From IMG/VR virus record IMGVR_UViG_2563366903_000016: DNA of 8,112 bases; one strand, written 5' to 3'. The stretch is from a virus. Its lineage: Duplodnaviria; Heunggongvirae; Uroviricota; Caudoviricetes. The position numbers and the translations under genes are program-made. Below the pieces are notes generated by a model. That model was not told the DNA's origin. It saw only the letters and a program-made list of their open reading frames with translations, and made no database searches. Positions within the stretch are counted from its first letter, which is position 1, and every line of letters begins with the position of its first letter. Below are positions 1 to 5,700 of this stretch, in pieces.

Positions 1-165
1 GACGGTTTCTTCATCCAGTCTGGCATCAATGCGAATGTCCTCGTTGATGTAGCTCTGAATGGCCTGGCGTAATGCGGTTGGTTGTGCTCTGCCGAACGTT
101 TCAGGATCGATAACCGGTAGCGGTGCGTTCCATGGGTACGCCAGCTGTGCATTGCGGTCACTCAT
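1..165 (-). CDS. hypothetical protein, partial (C-terminus lies beyond the left window edge)
   Basis: ATG at 165-163 (minus) overlaps the TGA stop of the upstream gene (ATGA, 162-165). Frame stays open to position 1, 55 codons in window: MSDRNAQLAYPWNAPLPVIDPETFGRAQPTALRQAIQSYINEDIRIDARLDEETV. Absent from the ORF track, presumably because under 60 aa in-window. No family recognised. Confidence 0.45.
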   Translation of the reverse strand, partial: MSDRNAQLAYPWNAPLPVIDPETFGRAQPTALRQAIQSYINEDIRIDARLDEETV

Positions 166-578
166 GCGTCGTACTCCCCGGCAGTTGCCACCTGAAACGC
201 CGCGCGGTACAGCACGAGAAGGCGCTGGTATTCGCCGATAAAACCTTCTGCGGTGTATATACCTTTCACGGCCACGCTGTGGGTTGTCATTTCCAGAACC
301 AGCGCCATCTCTGATGACGACCAGCTGATGGCGGTACTGTCGGTGCCGTTGATGTGAAATAAACCCAGTCCATCACCATCACCTTTCACGTCCACGCGGT
401 AACGACCGTCCACGGTGAAGGAGAAATCCCCGTATGTGGTGACGCTGCGGGCAGCCTGTTTACAGGCGCGGCGGTAATAGTCGTGCCAGTTGTTCAGGCG
501 GGAAGCCAGCAGGGGATCCACCGCCCACATCCAGTTAAAGAAGTCCTGAATATCTGAAAGTCCCTTAACGCTCTTCAT
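162..578 (-). CDS. hypothetical protein (138 aa)
   Basis: ORF-track ORF with ATG at 578-576 and GGAGG 5 nt upstream (581-590 on + reads gaacctccgg). Stop overlaps the next start (ATGA). Protein-like composition; no family recognised. Confidence 0.6.
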   Translation of the reverse strand: MKSVKGLSDIQDFFNWMWAVDPLLASRLNNWHDYYRRACKQAARSVTTYGDFSFTVDGRYRVDVKGDGDGLGLFHINGTDSTAISWSSSEMALVLEMTTHSVAVKGIYTAEGFIGEYQRLLVLYRAAFQVATAGEYDA

Positions 579-646
579 GAGAACCTCCGGTAACAGATGT
601 GCGGAAGCCTCCCGCGTGCAGGTGTGGGATAGCTTCCGGATGTGGT

Positions 647-868
647 TTATCGGTGCTGGTTGATGAGGCTTTGCAGTTCTGCCAGGTCTTCGGCCAGATA
701 GCTGAAGACTGCCGCGTAATACCCGGCAGCGATACCGTCGTTAAGTCGGTGTAATACGTTTGACTGCATGATAAAGGCGACAGATGCAGCCCGATGGAGT
801 CTGCGGTTGATTTCGCTGCGGATGTGAAGACGCTCAGCGCGGGCGCGCTGTTGCTTGCGGTTTGCCAT
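647..868 (-). CDS. hypothetical small basic protein (73 aa), possibly nucleic-acid binding
   Basis: ATG at 868 preceded by GAAGAGG about 7 nt upstream. Arg/Lys-rich N-terminus (MANRKQQRARAERLHIRSEINRRLHR) then a hydrophobic/acidic helix-like C-terminus. Function is inferred from composition only. Confidence 0.5.
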   Translation of the reverse strand: MANRKQQRARAERLHIRSEINRRLHRAASVAFIMQSNVLHRLNDGIAAGYYAAVFSYLAEDLAELQSLINQHR

Positions 869-957
869 GGTGTGGCCTCTTCGTTTGTGAATTTTGAAAA
901 CTCACCAACCAGAGGTGGAAAACTCAGGGTGGCGAGACGTACAGGGTTTCCACAACC

Positions 958-993
958 GGCAAACGAAGAAACCGGCCCGACCGAAGTCGGCCC
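958..993 (-). terminator. candidate rho-independent terminator (minus strand)
   Basis: GC-rich stem 974-981 / 986-993 (8 bp, one mismatch) with a 4-nt loop that reads UUCG on the minus-strand RNA, followed on that strand by a U-rich stretch GGUUUCUUCGUUUG (958-973). Confidence 0.3.
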
Positions 994-1047
994 TGTACGC
1001 CCCGCCATAATTCTGACGCGAAAAAGACGTGGCGATACAGTACGCAC

Positions 1048-1089
1048 AAAAAAACCGCTGGCGCGGCTGTGCGCTTCGTTTGTCAGCGG
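1048..1089 (-). terminator. rho-independent terminator (minus strand)
   Basis: Inverted repeat CCGCTG (1055-1060) / CAGCGG (1084-1089) with extra internal GCGC pairing, followed immediately on the minus strand by seven U (A7 on + at 1048-1054). Confidence 0.45.
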
Positions 1090-1165
1090 GGTGGAAATCC
1101 CGGCACCCGTTTTATGAGGTGCAGCGGAAATGTAACCCGACACGACGAGCGCTGGCAAGCGGTTT

Positions 1166-1193
1166 TTGTGTTGCGTGCTGAAGTATGTATAAT
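1166..1193 (+). promoter_or_regulatory. candidate sigma70 promoter for the plus-strand gene 1255-1722
   Basis: Perfect -10 TATAAT at 1188-1193. Best -35 candidate is TTGTGT at 1166-1171 (16-bp spacer). A 7-bp stem-loop (1196-1202 / 1212-1218) sits at the predicted 5' end of the transcript, and GGAGG at 1244-1248 lies 6 nt before the ATG. Confidence 0.4.
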
Positions 1194-1254
1194 CGCGGCG
1201 CAAAAATGGAATGCGCCGAGGGATAGCGGCGTTTATTAACAATGGAGGTTGTTT

Positions 1255-1722
1255 ATGCCTGTTGCTATGGAGCAAGCAGACAAGAAGATTTTTTTTCATC
1301 TGTGGTACAGCTATTGGCTGGAAGAGATGGTTTTCATACTCAGCAATAAAGCCGCTGCCATGTTGCGCGCCGGGGCGCTGATTGCTGCGGTATTGTCCTT
1401 TCTTCTGGTTGGTTTTCCCGTCCTGATGAGCCTTTGGGGGCTGGCGTTTTTTGTTTTTTCCTGGTTTTGCAGCAAGTGTGAATTCGTCGCCGAACTGGCG
1501 TGCTGGCAGAAACAGAGCTACCTTCGTCTGATTACGCAAAGGGATTTCATGAGCACTGAACGCCTGATTGAGCGCATTCTGTATCTGGAAGAAACGAACA
1601 GCGCATCCATGAAGGCGTTTGTCAGGCCCGCAAAAAACAAAGCGAGCGCATCTGTTGGTCTGTCTGCCAGCGAGCATTTGCGTTACTCCGAAAGGTTAAT
1701 CTGCTGGTTGTGCGGCGTCTGA
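1255..1722 (+). CDS. hypothetical membrane protein (155 aa), plus-strand accessory gene
   Basis: ATG at 1255 with GGAGG 6 nt upstream (track start 1249 is an in-frame TTG). Enterobacterial-looking codon usage (CTG, GCG, GAA, CGC rich). Long hydrophobic segment GALIAAVLSFLLVGFPVLMSLWGLAFFVFSWF suggests 1-2 transmembrane helices, then an ~80-aa soluble C-terminal region. Own promoter; 3' end overlaps the convergent gene 1683-2045 by 40 bp. The minus-strand 370-aa ORF over this region looks compositionally non-protein-like. Confidence 0.55.
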   Translation: MPVAMEQADKKIFFHLWYSYWLEEMVFILSNKAAAMLRAGALIAAVLSFLLVGFPVLMSLWGLAFFVFSWFCSKCEFVAELACWQKQSYLRLITQRDFMSTERLIERILYLEETNSASMKAFVRPAKNKASASVGLSASEHLRYSERLICWLCGV

Positions 1723-2045
1723 TCGACTCCCGGCTGCGTGATGCTTTTACCGTCTTCCCTGACAGGCGGTAATGACACGTCTATGTTCAGCTTGAGTGCC
1801 ATTGCGTACTCCGCCCGCGCGCCAGCTGAATCCTCCCAGCCTTCCAGCAAGTAAATGACATCGGCACACATGAGCATCGGAATACAAATGCTCATGTACT
1901 GCTGCTGGCTTAATCCTTCCGGCAACGTGGCAGGGTTCAGCACAACGTGCCCGTCTGCCGCGAGCCTCATCGCCTCTATGAAAAACGCCGTTCTGTTGTG
2001 ATCTTTGTATCCGGTCATTGGACCGGCGATATAAATCACTGCCAT
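1683..2045 (-). CDS. DUF4406 / nucleoside 2-deoxyribosyltransferase-like protein (120 aa)
   Basis: N-terminal VIYIAGPMTG motif, followed by NPA and GWEDSAGARAEYAMA segments typical of the small NDT-like Rossmann-fold family (from memory of the family pattern). GGGAGG RBS 5 nt upstream of ATG 2045. Last gene of the minus-strand operon. Confidence 0.6.
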   Translation of the reverse strand: MAVIYIAGPMTGYKDHNRTAFFIEAMRLAADGHVVLNPATLPEGLSQQQYMSICIPMLMCADVIYLLEGWEDSAGARAEYAMALKLNIDVSLPPVREDGKSITQPGVDQTPHNQQINLSE

Positions 2046-2254
2046 GCTTTACCTCCCGTATTGCGTGTTGCTGTCAGCACGCGTACTTCTTCCATGTTCG
2101 TGGCGCAGAAGTGCGAACCGTTGATAAGGCGGATGTGATGCATCTCAGAATTGCGTGAGTCCTGGCGTGTCATGCCCTGGTCAATCAGGCTTTCGTCTAC
2201 CTCGTACTGACGGCCGTTGGCTGTGAATCTGATAACGGTTGATTCCTGGATCAT
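2036..2254 (-). CDS. hypothetical protein (72 aa)
   Basis: ATG at 2254 overlapping the upstream stop (ATGA, 2251-2254), with AGGAG about 7 nt upstream. No family recognised. Confidence 0.5.
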   Translation of the reverse strand: MIQESTVIRFTANGRQYEVDESLIDQGMTRQDSRNSEMHHIRLINGSHFCATNMEEVRVLTATRNTGGKAWQ

Positions 2255-2487
2255 TGCTGACTCCTTTGCCCGGCAGATTTCTCGTTGAGCTGCTTTTTAA
2301 GGGTGGCGATTTCACTTTCCTGATCCTGAATTACCTGAATTGCTTCCATGGTGATCCTCAGTGAGATTGCTGAAGTGATAACGAGCTCTGGTCTTCCAGC
2401 AGCAGCGATAACTTTTGCTGCTTCCTCATGTGCACGGGCGATGAGACGCAATTCCCGCAAAAGCTCTTTGTTGTTTTCGCTATTCAT
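2251..2487 (-). CDS. hypothetical protein (78 aa), helical/coiled-coil-like
   Basis: ATG at 2487 with GGAG upstream; charged, heptad-like sequence (ELLRELRLIARAHEEAAKV ... EIATLKKQLNEK). No family recognised. Confidence 0.5.
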   Translation of the reverse strand: MNSENNKELLRELRLIARAHEEAAKVIAAAGRPELVITSAISLRITMEAIQVIQDQESEIATLKKQLNEKSAGQRSQQ

Positions 2488-2521
2488 TTCCTGACTCCGG
2501 TGTTACTGATTTACTGGTTGT

Positions 2522-3502
2522 TTACGTACTGGCGGTGATTAACATCGCGCTGTAAGTTGCATCTTCCGTTACAGGTCCGCAGTCCGGGCAGTAGCCACCG
2601 CCATGGCGACCGCAGGCGTCGCACTGTCTCAGGGTGGCGATAACCTCCGGTGCTGATTCCCGGGTTCTTGCGCCAACGCTTCGTGGTGCCAGGATGGTGT
2701 TCATCCGGTAACCCTGATAAATGCGTCTGGTTTCCGGTGTGTCGGAATTGGAGATGGTGATGCTGGTCATGCCGCCCGTTTCCTGTGAAAGGCGGTCAAG
2801 CGCTGCCCTCAGACGAACGTGCTCGTCTTCATCGAATGGTTTTCCGTAGGCGGTAAAATTGTCCCGGCCACTGAATTGCAGGTAAGGGGGATCGCAGTAC
2901 ACGCAAAGCGTGTTGCCCATGCCGAACAGGTGACTGGCAGAGTTCAGCGTATCCTTAAAATCTGCGTGGATAAGCAGCGTTCGGGTGCTGTTTGCCTTGT
3001 CTGCAAATGCGCGGATTTCACGCTCAGGGAAGTAGGGCTTGCGGTAGCAGCCGAAAGGCACGTTAAAATCGCCTTTTCCGTTCACGCGGAACAAACTGTT
3101 AAAGCTGTGTCGGTTCAGGTACAAAAACATGGCGGCCAGTCGCAGTTCACGGCGGTCGCTTATTCCCGTTCTGCTGTTCAGGAAGGCATGATTCTCTGCG
3201 TTAAAGGTTTCGCGAATGATGAGATAGTCACCCCTGTTGTTGTGGTTCAGGAACAGGGTTTTCGCCTCGTCGATCAGGCTGTCGGTGTTGTCCCTGGCTT
3301 GCCGGTAGAAATTAATCAGCGCACCATTGGAATCACCCAGGATGTAACGCTTGTAACTGGTGTTCATGAATACCGATGCGCCGCCCACGAACGGCTCAAC
3401 CAGACAGTCGGCTTCTGGCAGGTGCGCCTTCAGTGTGTTCATGATGCGGCTTTTTCCGCCCACCCATTTCAGTGGCGTACCGGATAACAGTTCTTTGCTC
3501 AT
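2522..3502 (-). CDS. dam: DNA adenine (N6) methyltransferase, Dam family, with C-terminal Cys4 zinc-ribbon-like extension
   Basis: Dam-family signature blocks: LKWVGGKS, LVEPFVGGASVF (SAM-binding FxGxG), FLYLNR, FNVPFGCYRKPYFPE, catalytic VYCDPPY, NFTAY. Extra C-terminal tail carries CDACGRHGGGYCPDCG (CxxC-x8-CxxC). AAAGAGG RBS 7 nt upstream of ATG 3502; start overlaps the stop of the upstream ORF (ATGA). Confidence 0.9.
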   Translation of the reverse strand: MSKELLSGTPLKWVGGKSRIMNTLKAHLPEADCLVEPFVGGASVFMNTSYKRYILGDSNGALINFYRQARDNTDSLIDEAKTLFLNHNNRGDYLIIRETFNAENHAFLNSRTGISDRRELRLAAMFLYLNRHSFNSLFRVNGKGDFNVPFGCYRKPYFPEREIRAFADKANSTRTLLIHADFKDTLNSASHLFGMGNTLCVYCDPPYLQFSGRDNFTAYGKPFDEDEHVRLRAALDRLSQETGGMTSITISNSDTPETRRIYQGYRMNTILAPRSVGARTRESAPEVIATLRQCDACGRHGGGYCPDCGPVTEDATYSAMLITAST

Positions 3503-3726
3503 AACGCGGCCTCTTTGTTATAGTTTTCGTGCGTTAATAAATCCCATGACGCCCCGTTGTTTTTGCTCAGCAATCGCCAGCGAAAACCGATTCTTATTAC
3601 CAGGTAGTCGTGGGGTTTTATGCGTGAAAAATTCCGCACGCCGTCGCGGAATAAACGCAGCGATGCGCGGGCTTTTCTTTCCACGTTCAGGGGGGGGCAG
3701 CAACACACATTCAGGATGGCGACCAT
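3499..3726 (-). CDS. hypothetical small protein (75 aa) containing a C8/G8 homopolymer, translationally coupled to dam
   Basis: ATG at 3726 with strong GAGGTGA RBS 6 nt upstream, 9 nt after the exonuclease stop. Stop TGA overlaps the dam ATG (3499-3502). Codons 10-13 read through the homopolymer (TGC CCC CCC CTG). A second long open frame (3518-3706) also crosses the tract. Confidence 0.5.
   Translation of the reverse strand: MVAILNVCCCPPLNVERKARASLRLFRDGVRNFSRIKPHDYLVIRIGFRWRLLSKNNGASWDLLTHENYNKEAAL
3690..3697. repeat. G8/C8 homopolymeric tract (candidate slipped-strand site)
   Basis: Eight consecutive G on the plus strand (3690-3697), inside the 5' part of CDS 3499-3726. Confidence 0.9.
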
Positions 3727-3735
3727 GGCTTCACC

Positions 3736-4317
3736 TCATATGTTCAGGAATGGTGTTGTGAAGCGCTGCCAGATTTCTGACACGACCTTTGCCTGGTAAA
3801 TGGCGTCGCCCAGCGCGGTGTGAGCAATGGCCTCTTTTCCTGATCTGCCTGGCATTTTCCATCCAGTTGATTCAGCCATGGCGATAAGCGGGCGCATACA
3901 GCGCTCGTTCCAGTAGCACCAGGGGATGCTTTTTTCTCCGGCTGTGCGTGTTATGGCGGATTTCAGGATCGGGAAATCGAAGGATGCGCCCTTACACCAT
4001 ATGGTCAGTGAATTGCCCGTGCTTTCGTCATGCATATTGCGTGAAATGAACGCCAGAAATTCGGTTACTGCCGCAAGCTCTGTTCCCTCTGCGTTGCGCA
4101 GGCAGGATCTGGCCTCCACGGATTGTCCGGCCCACCATACGGCGGTTGCTGCATTGACGGTTCCACCGTTGCGTTCTGAATCCACCGGGTCGATGAGTTT
4201 CTCAAACTGTTTGCCCAGCTTTCCGGTGAACGGGTCGAAAAACACCGCGCCAATCGCGAATATGACTGCGTCCGGTCCGGTACCCAATGTTTCGGTGTCG
4301 ATCATGAGATGGTTCAC
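3736..4317 (-). CDS. DEDDh-family 3'-5' exonuclease (DnaQ-like fold)
   Basis: Exo I motif MIDTETLG (D-x-E), Exo II ASFDFPIL, Exo III HTALGDAIYQ (H-x4-D). Likely start is GTG at 4317 (AAGGAG 8 nt upstream; GTGA overlap with the upstream stop at 4314-4316); the alternative is ATG at 4305. Track start 4326 is a GTG directly abutting the SD and is unlikely. Confidence 0.8.
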   Translation of the reverse strand: MNHLMIDTETLGTGPDAVIFAIGAVFFDPFTGKLGKQFEKLIDPVDSERNGGTVNAATAVWWAGQSVEARSCLRNAEGTELAAVTEFLAFISRNMHDESTGNSLTIWCKGASFDFPILKSAITRTAGEKSIPWCYWNERCMRPLIAMAESTGWKMPGRSGKEAIAHTALGDAIYQAKVVSEIWQRFTTPFLNI

Positions 4318-4547
4318 TGTGTGCACTCCTTCTGTTCGGCGTTGTTCGTGAGCGTTGCAATCAGTCGTTCAATGGATGAGCAGGTTTCCTCCGGGGAGGT
4401 GTGCTTCTCTCTCGCTGTGTCAACCAGGTCACGCAGCAATTCGCAGATATGCGCACGCTCGGCTTTTCTTGCGGCCATGCTGATATGTGCATGATGGTTA
4501 GCTGGTCTGGCGGCTATTTCTCTGCCGGGTGATTCGGCTGTTCTCAT
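4314..4547 (-). CDS. hypothetical protein (77 aa)
   Basis: ATG at 4547 with AGGAG 7 nt upstream (track start 4571 is an in-frame TTG). Stop overlaps the exonuclease GTG start. No family recognised. Confidence 0.5.
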   Translation of the reverse strand: MRTAESPGREIAARPANHHAHISMAARKAERAHICELLRDLVDTAREKHTSPEETCSSIERLIATLTNNAEQKECTQ

Positions 4548-4647
4548 TTGTTGACTCCTGAAAAAAGACAAAGGGACCCCGAAGGCATGAATGCCTTAAT
4601 TAATTGCTCGTGTGTTTTCTGGTGTTATTCCGCGCCTGCTTTCGGCT

Positions 4648-4749
4648 TCAGATTATCCCCAGATTCTTCAGTGCTAACCAGATAAGCGCACTCACCTGAA
4701 ATATCACCCATGCAGTAGCGATGGTGAGTATTACTTTTACATTCTTCAT
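4648..4749 (-). CDS. candidate small hydrophobic peptide (33 aa)
   Basis: Untracked ORF ATG 4749 to TGA 4648: MKNVKVILTIATAWVIFQVSALIWLALKNLGII. Begins 12 nt after the stop of the upstream peptide gene; no clear SD, so it would rely on reinitiation. Confidence 0.2.
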   Translation of the reverse strand: MKNVKVILTIATAWVIFQVSALIWLALKNLGII

Positions 4750-4761
4750 AAAGTTTTCGCT

Positions 4762-4887
4762 TTATTTACGGCGTTTGTCGCCAGTAAAAAATAATTCGAT
4801 ATCCTTCAGTGCGTGGATAATTCGCATAATGCCGATTGCCATAAGTACGGAGATAATCAGAATTACCCATGAAAGAAATATGCTCAT
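4762..4887 (-). CDS. candidate small membrane peptide (41 aa)
   Basis: Untracked ORF (under 60 aa): MSIFLSWVILIISVLMAIGIMRIIHALKDIELFFTGDKRRK, one predicted TM helix and a basic C-terminus. ATG 4887 overlaps the TGA of the upstream gene (ATGA); AGGAG 8 nt upstream. Confidence 0.4.
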   Translation of the reverse strand: MSIFLSWVILIISVLMAIGIMRIIHALKDIELFFTGDKRRK

Positions 4888-5126
4888 GCGGCCACTCCTG
4901 TGAAGTAAGGCTCGACAATTTCACCTTCAAACAGTTCTGTCATAATCGACTTTAATTCTTCCAGTGCTTCACGGTCATCGCTGCCCAGCGCGCAGTTGTA
5001 TAGCCCCATAATTGCGCCGCGCAGTGAGTTACGAAGGCTTTCATCCTTAGTTACGCCCCGGTTTGCAAGTTCGAAGTGGTAACGCTGCAACGCGTTATTA
5101 ATAAGTATTTTGTAGGCTTCGATCAT
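4884..5126 (-). CDS. hypothetical protein (80 aa)
   Basis: ATG at 5126 with AAGGA 6 nt upstream; protein-like acidic composition. No family recognised. Confidence 0.55.
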   Translation of the reverse strand: MIEAYKILINNALQRYHFELANRGVTKDESLRNSLRGAIMGLYNCALGSDDREALEELKSIMTELFEGEIVEPYFTGVAA

Positions 5127-5144
5127 GGCTGAATCCTTTATTTA

Positions 5145-5480
5145 TCAGTGCTTGCTTCCCGGATATTGAAAACGCAGGCCGTTGATTAATCTGTCTGCCG
5201 TTCTTAAGGCTTCAAAAAATGTGAAATCCTGTCCGAAGTAATCATCCCCGCGAGTCAGGGTGAAATTAAATCTGCCAGTAACAGGGCTGCGAAAACTTTT
5301 GTGAATAACGATGCCAGTGTCGCCAATCGTCCAGGTGTGCTTGCCGGTTTGTTTTATCGGATGGCCGTCTGGTGTTGCGTGGATTTCAGTGGTTACGGTC
5401 GCACTATTTTTACGGAAGTGCTGGCGTGCAACGTGGCGTTCGGTGTTGTTATTGATGCGTGCATTTCGTTGTTGCTTCAT
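5145..5480 (-). CDS. hypothetical protein (111 aa)
   Basis: ATG at 5480, moderate SD (GAGTGAAGA); basic N-terminus then a predicted beta-rich region. No family recognised. Confidence 0.55.
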   Translation of the reverse strand: MKQQRNARINNNTERHVARQHFRKNSATVTTEIHATPDGHPIKQTGKHTWTIGDTGIVIHKSFRSPVTGRFNFTLTRGDDYFGQDFTFFEALRTADRLINGLRFQYPGSKH

Positions 5481-5505
5481 TCTTCACTCGGTCCTTATGC
5501 GATGA

Positions 5506-5700
5506 TTACAGTGATTCGTCTCTTGTCAGCCTAAAAATCACTTCAGCCATGACTTCGCTAATTACATCGATCCCCTGATCGGTAAGGGCTTCTTTCCAGG
5601 CCTTGCTTGCACGTGTTGGATCCATCCTGCCTGATTGCTGTTGTATGATGATGAAGCGTAAATCGCTGTATAAGTCTTTTGTTTGAGTGGAGTCAGTCAT
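5506..5700 (-). CDS. hypothetical small protein (64 aa; possibly shorter, from internal ATG at 5625)
   Basis: ATG at 5700 with weak AAGG SD. Its start codon overlaps the start codon of the plus-strand gene on the opposite strand (CATG at 5698-5701). The internal ATG at 5625 has an AGGCAGG SD-like sequence. Confidence 0.4.
   Translation of the reverse strand: MTDSTQTKDLYSDLRFIIIQQQSGRMDPTRASKAWKEALTDQGIDVISEVMAEVIFRLTRDESL

Noticed and set aside
59-314. Plus-strand ORFs 59-241 and 123-314
   Set aside because: Antisense to the coupled minus-strand genes at 1-165 and 162-578; no RBS; Arg/Gly/Cys-rich.
1084-1110. tRNA T-arm-like motif (GGTGGAAATCCCGGCACC)
   Set aside because: Only a loose resemblance to the GGTTCGAATCC T-loop consensus; no acceptor, D or anticodon arms could be built around it. 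More likely part of the terminator/hairpin region.
794-1117. 107-aa plus-strand ORF
   Set aside because: Lies over the intergenic terminator region, has no RBS, and its translation looks non-protein-like.
565-1677. 370-aa minus-strand ORF, the longest in the track
   Set aside because: Its translation is low-complexity and Arg/Pro/Gly/Ser-rich. It runs across two predicted terminators and an intergenic promoter region and overlaps better-supported genes on both strands (647-868 minus in another frame, 1255-1722 plus). Judged a chance open frame in GC-rich DNA.
2819-3487. 222-aa plus-strand ORF antisense to dam
   Set aside because: The opposite strand encodes an unmistakable Dam methyltransferase with all signature motifs; this is a shadow ORF.
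3518-3706. 62-aa minus-strand ORF in an alternative frame across the G8 tract
   Set aside because: Not called as a separate gene: it starts at a GTG with no SD and is very Arg/Lys/Pro-rich. It is kept in mind only as the frame entered after a one-base slip in the homopolymer.
3926-4351. 141-aa plus-strand ORF antisense to the exonuclease (and minus ORF 4065-4253)
   Set aside because: The exonuclease frame carries the DEDDh motifs; these are overlapping shadow ORFs with no RBS.
5301-5534. Plus-strand ORFs 5301-5534 and 5311-5505
   Set aside because: Antisense to the 111-aa operon gene, Cys/Trp-rich odd composition, no RBS.
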